Below, in pieces: positions 19,713 through 29,731 of a stretch of 54,783 bases of DNA; positions within the stretch are counted from its first letter, which is position 1, and each line of letters opens with the position of its first letter. The stretch is from a virus (taxonomy: Duplodnaviria > Caudoviricetes), in IMG/VR virus record IMGVR_UViG_3300023179_003650, positions 1-54,783 of that record; one strand, given 5' to 3'. Made by a program: the position numbers and the translations under genes. The notes below the pieces were generated by a model. It did not search any database. It saw only the letters and a list, made by a program, of their open reading frames with translations, and was not told where the DNA came from.

Positions 19713-22700
19713 ATGCAATATTCAAATAATGAAGAAATAATTAAATCTACAAGTAATTTAGACGCGGCTCGATTGGATGTTGCGGATAATGAATTATTAG
19801 TTAGTCAAATATTTGAAATTGCTGCATTAGACGAAAGTGCGAGAGATAATTTCGAATTACATGTTTACACTCCGGATGGAATTTATTTAACGGGAGATCA
19901 TAAATTAATATTCGATTCTTCTACTAATATTTCCGATAATAAAAGACCTTCTTACACCGTTCAAATTAATCTTAAAGACGAGCTTAATAAGTTAAATATA
20001 CAAAGAGGACAGTATAAAATTATCGTTAACTTTTTTGATACTTTAATAGGAGATATTGACAATAAAAGAGTTTGGGTAAAAGAAATTTCTAATACTAAAC
20101 AAGAAATAAAGCTTTCAATACCTAAATTATTTATACCATATCTAGATAAATTATTTGATTTACGGTATAATGCATATTTACAAGGATATGCATCTAATTT
20201 TGTTTTGAATTTTGGAAATAATTTAACGTATCCAATTCTTAATGCTAAATTAGAATCTAAATACGATTTAACACCGATACGTAAATATACTATACCAGGC
20301 GTTAATGTAACGGATTACGATGCCATCAAAGAATATACGATTGAAAATTTACCAAATGGCGCGATTATTAGATCAATTGATCGAGAAGGGCAGTTCGGTG
20401 ATTTTTACTTAATGGAAAATGGTAAGAAAAGACCGTTTAACGGAAATCAATGGTTATTATTCGAATTTTGTAAACTATTAGACGCAGCACGTTTTAATTC
20501 AAATGGAGATTTAGTACGAGCTGCATATCCTACGTTAATCGATAATGGCTATGGTACGATAATTCCGAATTTAATTAATATATCCGCGAGAGATATATCT
20601 TTTATAACAACGGGCGAACCAGTAACTATAAATGATTTAGTAGGTACAGAAGATTATATTAATTTAATTGTCAGATTATATAAACCGTTAGATGCTGCAA
20701 TAACTGAAAAATCTAAAGCATTTATTAGTAATGAATATAGAGAACCGTATACGGATACCGTATACTTAATTGATAAAGTTGAACCTATTCAATATAATCA
20801 ATTAAGACCTGCAAATTTTAATATTGACGCATATTCAAAACAAAGCATACCTACGGAATATAAAAGTTGGAATGATTTGTTAGATGCAAATTTAACAACA
20901 TCGCAAAAATTAATTGATACATATTTTTCTGGTAGTTTACAAGGCGTTAGGTTAAATATTAATTATGGTGAATTTGGTAATTTCGTACATTTTAGTTCAG
21001 CAGAAGAAAGAATAAAAAACTTTAGATATAAATTAGAATTAATACAATATTATACAGATAAAATTACCTCGTTATCGGGTTCAGTATATACCAATTTAAC
21101 TACGTTATATGAAAAAAGAAATGCTATAGTATCTACATTCGATAATTTTGAAAATTATTTATTTTATGATTCTGGCAGTTTACAATTATATACACACGTA
21201 TCATATAGTATAGATCCATGGCCAAAATTATCCGTAAATAATAATCCTAATGATCCATATACTCAATTTGGTAATTTATATCGAATTTCTCAAAGCGTAG
21301 CAGAAGATTATTACAATGATTTATTAGAACAAGCAATTACATACGATCATTATAATGTACACCGTTTGTTAAAAGCAGTACCGTTACATATACGAAGTAC
21401 AGAAGGTAATGAAGACTTTAATTTATTTGTAGATATGTTAGGTCATCATTATGATATTATTTGGACATATATAAATCATTTTTCTAAAATATATTCAAGG
21501 GAAGAGCATCCTCAAGACGGTATGTCTAATGATTTAATTTATCATGCAGCTAAATCCTTAGGACTTCAATTATATAACGGACGTTCTACAACAGAGTTAT
21601 GGAAATACATATACGGTACAGATAATTCAGGATCATTAAGTCAAGAAGGCGTAAACGGAGTTTATTCATTACCAGAGCGACAAGTTACCCATGAATATTG
21701 GAGACGCTTAATAAATAATTTACCTTACCTATTAAAAACAAAAGGTACTGAACGTTCTATTAAAGCTTTATTATCTTGTTTTGGAATTCCTAGTACATTA
21801 TTAACAATAAAAGAATTTGGCGGCCCTAGTACATTTGTCGAAGAAGCTACCCATTATCCTGAATATGTACATGAAAAATTTGCATTTGCATATAAAGTAA
21901 ATACAGGTACGTATGCAAATTATTTACAAGTATTACCTTCAAAAACAAATAATAAATTTTCTAAAAATGTTAATGCTTTAGAATTTAGATTTAGATCGGA
22001 TAACGAAGAAACATATACAGCTGGAACAGAATATAATTTATTTAGTTATAACACGGGTATTACGTTTGAAAATTCTAGTTCCATTACTACAGCTCCTAGT
22101 TTAGCAATTACAGTAAAAAAGGACAGTTTAACAGATACGGAAGGTACTTTAACATTACGTATATCTGGTAATAATGCTACTATTTCAAATATTAATATAT
22201 TTGATAATGAATTTAATTTACTTTATTTAGAACAAGCAGGTTCAAATACTACATTACAATATAGAAAAGCTAAGTATGGCAAAATCGTTGAAACCGGTTC
22301 TGCTACATTAACTACGACAGTAATGTTTGATGATATTAATACCGCTAATGCATTAGGAGCTATGCGTTGGGGAAATCCGGGCGCAGTAACATTAGGCGTA
22401 GGATTAAGTCCGTTTGTAGGACATATACAAGAAATACGTTTATGGAGCGGATCATTAAATACTGCTTCTTTAGATGAACATGCTCTTTCACCTAATACAT
22501 ATACATATAATGTTAATAGAGGCGGTTTAACTGGTAATGAAGCTTTAGAGCCATATAATCGTTTAATACAAAGATATACGTTATCAAATAAATATTTTAA
22601 TACATTAACTGCTTCATTTAGTACACCTAGTACATCAGATGGTTTCGCACGTACATATCAATTAAGTGCACATCCAAATCAAAAATTAGATGCATATAAA

Positions 22701-23738
22701 TTTGAAAACTTTTCTAATAATCAATTAGGGGGAGGTATCTGGCTAGTTAATGTATCTGGATCTGAACAAATTAATGAAGTATTTGACTCTTTCGAAGATA
22801 CATATTATACGCCATCTCCTTCTTTAGGGGGAAATTCTTTATATACAAATAAAGTACGTATTGAACAAAATTCTTTAACTGGATTTTTAAGTCCTAAAAA
22901 ACGAGTAGAAGCAAGTTCATTTGATAAATTCTCTGTCGATTCAAATAAAATCGGAATTTATTTTTCACCGCAAGATTCAATTAACGAAGATATATTTAAT
23001 CAATTAGGTTATTATGAAATAGATGATTATATTGGAGACCCTAGCGATATATATGGCGACCATTATCCGGCATTTGAAGATTTTGCTGCTGATTATTGGT
23101 TAAAGTACGATAATAAAAATGATTTTGAAGCATTTTTTAGAGCATTATCTATTTACGATACTAGTATATTTAGATATATTAAAGATACGTTACCCGCTCG
23201 AGCAAATGTGGTAGACGGATATTTAATCGAACCTAATGCGTTAGAAAGAAAACGATTTAGAACTACTAAACCTACTATAGAAAATTTATCTTATGAGGCT
23301 GAAATAGAAGCTCCAATACATGTACAAGAAGCATTTTATTTAACATACGAAGGATCGATAGAAAACCCAGCACCGGAAATTGATAGCGATTATTTAATAC
23401 AACCTGATGCGATATTAGATATTGCAAGTGCTATAGATATTATTGGGGATTGTTTAAATTTAGATATCGCTGAAATACCAGCTATAGATTCTAACTTAAA
23501 TAAATTAGGAAGTACATGGTATCAAAATAGATACGTAGGTAATTTTGTAGTAGAAGAAACTGGATCTTATACTCCGATTCAAACAATTATAACCGCTCAG
23601 CGTTATGAAATAACCGGATCTTCATACTCATTAAACTCATATTCCGGAAGTATAGCCAATGCATATCAATATATCGACGATGCTATTATTGTCGCTGAAA
23701 CGGGTGGCGGAGGCGGCGGATATACCCCTTCGGAATAA
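19713..23738 (+). CDS. Large baseplate wedge protein (gp7-like) with LamG-like region
   Basis: NNLPYLLKTKGTERSIKALL wedge/P2-gpI-like motif; FVGHIQEIRLWS LamG-like motif. Confidence 0.65.
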   Translation: MQYSNNEEIIKSTSNLDAARLDVADNELLVSQIFEIAALDESARDNFELHVYTPDGIYLTGDHKLIFDSSTNISDNKRPSYTVQINLKDELNKLNIQRGQYKIIVNFFDTLIGDIDNKRVWVKEISNTKQEIKLSIPKLFIPYLDKLFDLRYNAYLQGYASNFVLNFGNNLTYPILNAKLESKYDLTPIRKYTIPGVNVTDYDAIKEYTIENLPNGAIIRSIDREGQFGDFYLMENGKKRPFNGNQWLLFEFCKLLDAARFNSNGDLVRAAYPTLIDNGYGTIIPNLINISARDISFITTGEPVTINDLVGTEDYINLIVRLYKPLDAAITEKSKAFISNEYREPYTDTVYLIDKVEPIQYNQLRPANFNIDAYSKQSIPTEYKSWNDLLDANLTTSQKLIDTYFSGSLQGVRLNINYGEFGNFVHFSSAEERIKNFRYKLELIQYYTDKITSLSGSVYTNLTTLYEKRNAIVSTFDNFENYLFYDSGSLQLYTHVSYSIDPWPKLSVNNNPNDPYTQFGNLYRISQSVAEDYYNDLLEQAITYDHYNVHRLLKAVPLHIRSTEGNEDFNLFVDMLGHHYDIIWTYINHFSKIYSREEHPQDGMSNDLIYHAAKSLGLQLYNGRSTTELWKYIYGTDNSGSLSQEGVNGVYSLPERQVTHEYWRRLINNLPYLLKTKGTERSIKALLSCFGIPSTLLTIKEFGGPSTFVEEATHYPEYVHEKFAFAYKVNTGTYANYLQVLPSKTNNKFSKNVNALEFRFRSDNEETYTAGTEYNLFSYNTGITFENSSSITTAPSLAITVKKDSLTDTEGTLTLRISGNNATISNINIFDNEFNLLYLEQAGSNTTLQYRKAKYGKIVETGSATLTTTVMFDDINTANALGAMRWGNPGAVTLGVGLSPFVGHIQEIRLWSGSLNTASLDEHALSPNTYTYNVNRGGLTGNEALEPYNRLIQRYTLSNKYFNTLTASFSTPSTSDGFARTYQLSAHPNQKLDAYKFENFSNNQLGGGIWLVNVSGSEQINEVFDSFEDTYYTPSPSLGGNSLYTNKVRIEQNSLTGFLSPKKRVEASSFDKFSVDSNKIGIYFSPQDSINEDIFNQLGYYEIDDYIGDPSDIYGDHYPAFEDFAADYWLKYDNKNDFEAFFRALSIYDTSIFRYIKDTLPARANVVDGYLIEPNALERKRFRTTKPTIENLSYEAEIEAPIHVQEAFYLTYEGSIENPAPEIDSDYLIQPDAILDIASAIDIIGDCLNLDIAEIPAIDSNLNKLGSTWYQNRYVGNFVVEETGSYTPIQTIITAQRYEITGSSYSLNSYSGSIANAYQYIDDAIIVAETGGGGGGYTPSE

Positions 23739-23773
23739 TGTAACTAATATATTTATTAATAAAGATTATAATT

Positions 23774-24409
23774 ATGATATTAATACCATCACAGCAAGGC
23801 GGCGCAATATATCGGGTATTTAAAAACTATGGTGATTCTACAACTGGAAGGCAAACTGCTACACAAACATTACGTACGATATTAAAATTTTATTACGGTG
23901 ACGGCTATCAATATAATTTTTACGGCCGTGGTGTTGATAAAAATGGTAACATTATAAAAGCATTTGTTGATAGGTATAATGATTTACGTAATACAAATTC
24001 GGTAGCCGTCTCTATGGCTACTATTGAATCAGAAGGATGGGTTAATATTAGTTTTGTAAAAACAGAAAATCCTAGACTTGAATATCCGGTGTATAAAGAA
24101 TATAGAATACGCCCGTATAGTACAGTAGATCGTCATTTATTTGCTCCATTAGGATTGCAAAATTTAAAATATAACGGTTGTAAATTAAATGGAACGGGTA
24201 TCAACGCTAATAGTACAGAAACTACTGATGGCGGACCGGTTGTTAAAGTTACTTTAGTTAATCAAAATCAAATAGTATTTTCTAATAATAATATAACTAC
24301 TGCAAGATCTAATACAAGTGGATTACCCGTACGCCAATTAACATCACGAGATTTTTCTGCCGGCACAGGACGTATATCAGAAACAGTAAGCCAAGCACCT
24401 CAAGCATAA
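23774..24409 (+). CDS. Putative structural protein
   Basis: 211-aa ORF with its own TATTTATT motif (23750); contains TTDGGPVVKV. Confidence 0.6.
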   Translation: MILIPSQQGGAIYRVFKNYGDSTTGRQTATQTLRTILKFYYGDGYQYNFYGRGVDKNGNIIKAFVDRYNDLRNTNSVAVSMATIESEGWVNISFVKTENPRLEYPVYKEYRIRPYSTVDRHLFAPLGLQNLKYNGCKLNGTGINANSTETTDGGPVVKVTLVNQNQIVFSNNNITTARSNTSGLPVRQLTSRDFSAGTGRISETVSQAPQA

Positions 24410-24453
24410 TAAAAATTTAACATTCGTATATTTATTAAAAAGGTATATAAATC

Positions 24454-25134
24454 ATGGGATATTTAGATAATAGTTCAATAACAGTTGATGCAATTTTAAC
24501 TAAAAAAGGACGCGAACTTTTAGCAAAAGGTCGAGATTCATTTAAAATTACTCAATTTGCATTAGCTGATGATGAAATTGATTATAATTTATGGAATCCG
24601 GCACATCCATTAGGGAGTTCTTATTACGGCATTATTATTGAAAATATGCCTTTAGTAGAAGCACTTCCTGATGAAAGTCAAGTAATGAAATATAAATTAG
24701 TTACGCTACCTAGAAAAACTGCAAGAATTCCTGTAATACAAGTAGGACAATCTTCAATAATTTTAACAGCACCAGGCCAAAATACAGTAATTACACCGAG
24801 CACTGTTAATTATGATCAAGCAAATAATACGTATGGATATACAGCGATATTAGCAGATTCGGATGTAGCTACATTAACTGTAACAAGAGCAGTTCCTACT
24901 ACAACCAGCGCGTCACCTACATTACCTTCATTCTATGGTGATACAAATCAAAGTGTATCTGCAATAGGATTAGAATTTAGAGTAACCGCTAAACAGCAAT
25001 TAGTAAGTGATAAATCTACTACCCTTACAATTGTTGGTAATGAAACTGGTGGTAGAGTAGTAGTTAATTTAACAGTAAGGAAAACTAATTTAGCTACTGC
25101 AATTGGTACTAATTCATTAGACTCTTCATTATAA
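24454..25134 (+). CDS. Baseplate/tail structural protein
   Basis: DAILTKKGRELLA..FKITQFALADDEIDY resembles tail-fibre/collar attachment N-termini; late motif at 24429. Confidence 0.65.
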   Translation: MGYLDNSSITVDAILTKKGRELLAKGRDSFKITQFALADDEIDYNLWNPAHPLGSSYYGIIIENMPLVEALPDESQVMKYKLVTLPRKTARIPVIQVGQSSIILTAPGQNTVITPSTVNYDQANNTYGYTAILADSDVATLTVTRAVPTTTSASPTLPSFYGDTNQSVSAIGLEFRVTAKQQLVSDKSTTLTIVGNETGGRVVVNLTVRKTNLATAIGTNSLDSSL

Positions 25135-25161
25135 CAATAAAAAATAAATAAAAAGAAATAT

Positions 25162-26442
25162 ATGGCAATAGGAGATAATCTATCCAGCGATTCAGTTAAT
25201 CGTTCATCCGCTCAAATGGCATCATTAGATGCGGCTACGCGCCCAATTAGTTCTACGACTACTGCATCGGAGTTAGAAACTGCGATACAAGAAAGAGCGA
25301 TGGCACTAGCACAGCGAATGCTAAATAATCAAATGAACGCAACTACATTAGCCGGATCCGGTAGAATTTTTACCCCATTTAATCAATCAACGGATGTAGT
25401 AGAGAATCAAAAAACTTTAGTAACCGCGGGATTATTTGCAGGATCTTCTGGTAGTATTAGTTCAATGTATACGTCATCCGCTCAAAGCGATACGTCAAAA
25501 CAGTATTATTATTCTGTATATAAAGATAATCCTTCTAGTACATTGACAGCTACATCGCAATGTGCAGTTGCATATGGTCATAGATTAGGAAGTGGAAGTT
25601 TTTCTGCAGGACAATTAAACGATAGCGCTACAAAAGCAATATATTCGCAATATAAACAATTACTTTTAAATCCAGGTGATACTACATTTACTTTTGGAAC
25701 ATCGGGAAATTCTGATTCAATATATGTTGTTAATTTTGACCGATCTAGATTACGTGATAGATTAGATCCAGGTAATTGGCAAGTTAGTTTAGCTCAATTA
25801 AGTGGATCATTTTATGCTAATAACGTGCATACAGGATCAAATGTTAAAATCGCACTACCAGGCGCTTCTGTTATATCATTAATAGATGATTCAGGAGATA
25901 CCGATCAATCTGTAGGATTTTCTGCAGCAGGTAGAGTATATAACATAATTTCTGGTACATTAACTAATGGCGGATATATTGTTAATAATGATTATGTTTA
26001 TTACGGATTAGCTTATCCTGATATGGGAATGTTAGTACTAGATGGTAACATGCTTAATATATCAGCATCATTTAATACGGTTACTGGATCAGGTATTGCG
26101 GGTGATAATGCTTGGAAATTATTTACGTCAATATCAGGAGCAATGTCAATTAACGGTTCAGTAAATTCATTTCAAGCACGTAATGAAGAAGTAGTTAATA
26201 GCACTCATTATTTCGTACGTGTTAAAAACGGTGAATATAATTTTTCAAATAATCCTTCATTTACTACCGGATCAGTCGGAGAGTTTGCTCAGGCTACCTT
26301 TATAGGCGATCCGAAAACATATATAACGACTGTCGGAATGTATAATGACAATCAAGAATTATTAGCTGTCGCTAAATTAAGTAAACCAATACAAAAATCA
26401 TTTCAAAATGAAGCATTGATAAAAGTTAAATTAGATTTTTAA
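25162..26442 (+). CDS. Baseplate/tail structural protein
   Basis: C-terminal YITTVGMYNDNQELLAVAKLSKPIQK domain, shared with the next gene. Confidence 0.65.
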   Translation: MAIGDNLSSDSVNRSSAQMASLDAATRPISSTTTASELETAIQERAMALAQRMLNNQMNATTLAGSGRIFTPFNQSTDVVENQKTLVTAGLFAGSSGSISSMYTSSAQSDTSKQYYYSVYKDNPSSTLTATSQCAVAYGHRLGSGSFSAGQLNDSATKAIYSQYKQLLLNPGDTTFTFGTSGNSDSIYVVNFDRSRLRDRLDPGNWQVSLAQLSGSFYANNVHTGSNVKIALPGASVISLIDDSGDTDQSVGFSAAGRVYNIISGTLTNGGYIVNNDYVYYGLAYPDMGMLVLDGNMLNISASFNTVTGSGIAGDNAWKLFTSISGAMSINGSVNSFQARNEEVVNSTHYFVRVKNGEYNFSNNPSFTTGSVGEFAQATFIGDPKTYITTVGMYNDNQELLAVAKLSKPIQKSFQNEALIKVKLDF

Positions 26443-26469
26443 TTAATGTGTAATATCAATTGAAAAATG

Positions 26470-26498
26470 AAAGTCCCCCCAAAAAGGGGACTTTTTCA
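26470..26498 (+). terminator. Intrinsic terminator
   Basis: AAAGTCCCC / GGGGACTTT stem followed by a T-run. Confidence 0.8.
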
Positions 26499-26529
26499 TA
26501 TTTAGATATTTATATAAAAGAAATATATA

Positions 26530-28485
26530 ATGGCCGGAGTATTTAAAGCAATTCCATCGGAAGATCAAACAATAACACCTTTTAAAGTATATAAAAGCTG
26601 GGAATATACCGGTACCGGGAATACTGACTATTTATCATTTATATCACAAAGTATTTTAGTATGTACTGCAATTAAACCTAACCCGGCCAATTTTACAACT
26701 GGTAAAATCCCTTTAGATTTCGAGGAAGAATGTAATATAGATTATTCGGCCCATATACTAAATACGTCATTGCCAAATAATATTCCTGCCGGAGTTTTAT
26801 GGCATTCATTAAAACATTTATATTTTAATGATTATAATGGCCAAATTAATTCTGCGACTAACGCAGTGCCATATATTAATAATCCAGATAATTTAGATAT
26901 ATGGTCAGGTACTGCGTTTAAAAAAAATTTTACTGCTAACCAAAAATCATATGAAAATATAGAGAATATATTAAATGTATCTTCTTCCTATTTGTTAGGA
27001 AGTATAGCTTCTGTTATATCCATTCCGCAAAGTAAATTCGGAGAAGAAATAAAGCCAGGATCCGTACGGTTAGTTATAACATCTTCAATAAGTAATATGG
27101 TTTTAACTGATGATGGGCATGGAAATTTAATCGATTCTAAGATTTCATCAAGCGTTAAATTAAATAATAGAATTTATTATTTAGGATTTAATGAAAGTGA
27201 ATATGAAACGGATTTATCAAAAACAAATTTATCAGATCCGAGATATCCAACGGAAACTAATTTTTATAATGTAACGCCCGTTACCTCATTTATATCATCA
27301 GATATCGGAGAATTAGAAATACCGGGAGCCACGGAATTAGGGTATTACGGATTAGCTGGATATTTTTCTCAAAGTTATGTACGTTTAGACGGAACACCCA
27401 GTTATTTTAATCCTAGAACAGATGATAATTATGCAATTAGTTTTTGGTTTAAATTAGACTCATTGACACCCGGACATGGAAAAAATTCTTATTTAATATC
27501 CAAAAGAAATGTTATACGTAATTATGCACTAGTTACACCTGCCGGGCGTAGAATAGCAGGTAATTCATGGAACATGGCATCAAATATATTTCCTTATGAT
27601 GTAAGCGTTACGCCACTAGGTACTGTACAAGCAAAAGTAGGTGATGGTACTACTGTTAAAACACTTACATCATCTACTACAATATCTACTAATAATTACT
27701 ATCATTGCGTATTTCAAAAATCCGGATCTGCATATGAATTATGGATAGATGGGACGCGCGAAGATTCTGAATTAAATGTTACATTAAATAATATAGCAAA
27801 TTCTGCAGATATTTTTATAGGATCTTTAGGCACTGAACGTAATAATTTAGACACGCCATATTCTTATATGCACGGTAAAATTGATGAAGTGCAAATATTC
27901 AATACATTTTTAACTCAATCAGAAATACAAGTATTATCTTATAACGACACAGTAAATAATAATTTACTTAATCGCCATGGAGTAGGAAAAATACTATATA
28001 AAAATGGATTAATAATAATTAATAATCCTAATCCAAAATACGGGTCAAAATTTAACACAATGACCACATACTTTCCTGTAATACCTTTTTCTAGTGTATT
28101 ATATAACAATGGCCTAGGCTTTATTATACAAGGTTCTGGCGCCTATACCATCAATCAAGGTGCCAATGAAAAATTACAAACTAACGGATTATTTACGAGA
28201 TTAACATTACAATGGAATTCTACATTAACATTGTATGAAAATGAAATTCTTTGCAGAATAAATGAAGAAGAATTTAATTTTACTTTAAATCCTTCAATAT
28301 TAAAAGATTCAGAAAATGGGCAATTGCCTAAAGAATTTATTTATAATGATGAATTTGGTCCATATATAACTACAATTGGTTTATATAATGAAAATGCAGA
28401 ATTATTAGCAATAGGTAAGTTAGGCGGTCCTATTAAAAAACGAAGTAATGTAGATTTAAATATAATCGTAAGATTCGACCAATAA
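26530..28485 (+). CDS. Structural protein with LamG/ConA-like domain
   Basis: YAISFWFK...YYHCVF...ELWIDG...IFIGS...GKIDEVQIFN LamG pattern; C-terminal YITTIGLYNENAELLAIGKL is paralogous to the previous gene. Confidence 0.75.
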   Translation: MAGVFKAIPSEDQTITPFKVYKSWEYTGTGNTDYLSFISQSILVCTAIKPNPANFTTGKIPLDFEEECNIDYSAHILNTSLPNNIPAGVLWHSLKHLYFNDYNGQINSATNAVPYINNPDNLDIWSGTAFKKNFTANQKSYENIENILNVSSSYLLGSIASVISIPQSKFGEEIKPGSVRLVITSSISNMVLTDDGHGNLIDSKISSSVKLNNRIYYLGFNESEYETDLSKTNLSDPRYPTETNFYNVTPVTSFISSDIGELEIPGATELGYYGLAGYFSQSYVRLDGTPSYFNPRTDDNYAISFWFKLDSLTPGHGKNSYLISKRNVIRNYALVTPAGRRIAGNSWNMASNIFPYDVSVTPLGTVQAKVGDGTTVKTLTSSTTISTNNYYHCVFQKSGSAYELWIDGTREDSELNVTLNNIANSADIFIGSLGTERNNLDTPYSYMHGKIDEVQIFNTFLTQSEIQVLSYNDTVNNNLLNRHGVGKILYKNGLIIINNPNPKYGSKFNTMTTYFPVIPFSSVLYNNGLGFIIQGSGAYTINQGANEKLQTNGLFTRLTLQWNSTLTLYENEILCRINEEEFNFTLNPSILKDSENGQLPKEFIYNDEFGPYITTIGLYNENAELLAIGKLGGPIKKRSNVDLNIIVRFDQ

Positions 28486-28486
28486 T

Positions 28487-28900
28487 ATGAAAAGAAAAAA
28501 GTTATCTAAAGAAGCAGTTGCAAAAAAATATGGTTTTAAAAGTGGTTTAGAAGAAAGAATAGCTGACGTATTAACAGATAAAAAAGTTAATTTTGGTTAT
28601 GAAGTAGATAAAATCACATATACGATTCCAGAAACTTTACATAAATATACTCCTGATTTTAAAATAAACAAATCAGAAGGACGTATATTATATATTGAAA
28701 CAAAAGGTCGTTGGGTTACTGCAGATCGCAAAAAACTTAAATTAGTAAAAGAACAACATCCTGAATTAGATATTAGAATTTTATTTCAAAATGCTAAAAA
28801 TAAAATTAGCAAAAATTCTAAAACTACATATGGTGACTATGCCGATAAAATTGGTATTCCTTGGGCCGAAAAAACAATTCCTGAATCTTGGTTTGAATAA
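28487..28900 (+). CDS. T7 endonuclease I-like Holliday-junction resolvase
   Basis: FKSGLEE, YTPDF, IETKGRW, HPELDIRILF and KTTYGDYA motifs. Confidence 0.88.
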   Translation: MKRKKLSKEAVAKKYGFKSGLEERIADVLTDKKVNFGYEVDKITYTIPETLHKYTPDFKINKSEGRILYIETKGRWVTADRKKLKLVKEQHPELDIRILFQNAKNKISKNSKTTYGDYADKIGIPWAEKTIPESWFE

Positions 28901-28922
28901 CGATATATTTTTTATATATTAG
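28892..28922 (+). promoter_or_regulatory. Bacteroidota-type promoter-like site
   Basis: TTTG(28892)-N19-TAtaTTAG(28915). Confidence 0.5.
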
Positions 28923-28930
28923 AGCCATAT

Positions 28931-28963
28931 ATGGAACAAACTAGATTATTGGAGTTAATTTAA
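28931..28963 (+). pseudogene. Possible vestigial 5' end of the primase gene (MEQTRLLELI*)
   Basis: 10-codon ORF right after the promoter-like site; its TRLLELI pattern matches SNILNLL in the present primase N-terminus. Confidence 0.45.
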
Positions 28964-29004
28964 ATTTTTATTAGTTTTTTATTAGATTTATATATTTATA
29001 TTAA

Positions 29005-29184
29005 ATGGGACGTAAGAAAAAATTCTTTACAGACGAAGAAAAAAGAATAGCTCAAAATGAATATGCTATGTCTTATTACGAAAAAAATAAAGATATAATT
29101 AAAAAAAAAGCTAAAAAGAAATATGAATTACGAAAAAATATACAATCGAATAATACAGAATGCCATATTAGAAAATCGTATTAA
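29005..29184 (+). CDS. 59-aa basic protein MGRKKKFFTDEEK... (absent from ORF track)
   Basis: Translated by hand; ATG lies 4 nt after TATTTATA (28993-29000); overlaps the HNH gene. Confidence 0.6.
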   Translation: MGRKKKFFTDEEKRIAQNEYAMSYYEKNKDIIKKKAKKKYELRKNIQSNNTECHIRKSY

Positions 29185-29731
29185 AGGTAAAGAAATTTAC
29201 TACGAAATACATCATATTATTCCTAAATGCATTGGAGGAAATAATAAAAAAAATAATTTAGTTTTATTAACTGCAAAAGAACATTTTATATGCCATAAAT
29301 TACTTTGCAAAATATATCCTTTTAATATAAAATTAGTTTATGCATTTCAAGCAATGCATGTAATTAATAAAGGCAGAAAATATATAATTAACGCAAAAGA
29401 ATATGATATTATTAAAAATATATTAAAACATGATAAAAGTTATAAAATGAAAAATAATAATCCTATGAAAAATTTAAGTTTACGTAATCAAAAACGTATA
29501 GAAATGTTAGGAACAAATAACTTATATTTTAAATTAACGCCTGAACAAAAAAATAAACATGCAGTCAATGTAAGTAAATCTAAAATGGGAGACAAAAATC
29601 CAAACGCAAAAAAATGTATACATGTAAATACGGGTCAAATATTTGGAAGTGCCGCAGACTGTATACGTGCGTTAAAATTAAAAGGATCTGCAAATTATCT
29701 TTATAAAACTAAAATAATACAATGGATATAA
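29123..29731 (+). mobile_element. Free-standing HNH homing endonuclease (T4 Mob-like)
   Basis: YEKIYNRII, EIHHIIPKCIGG...NLVLLTAKEHFICH and a C-terminal NUMOD-like region (GDKNPNAKK..TGQIFGS). Confidence 0.85.
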
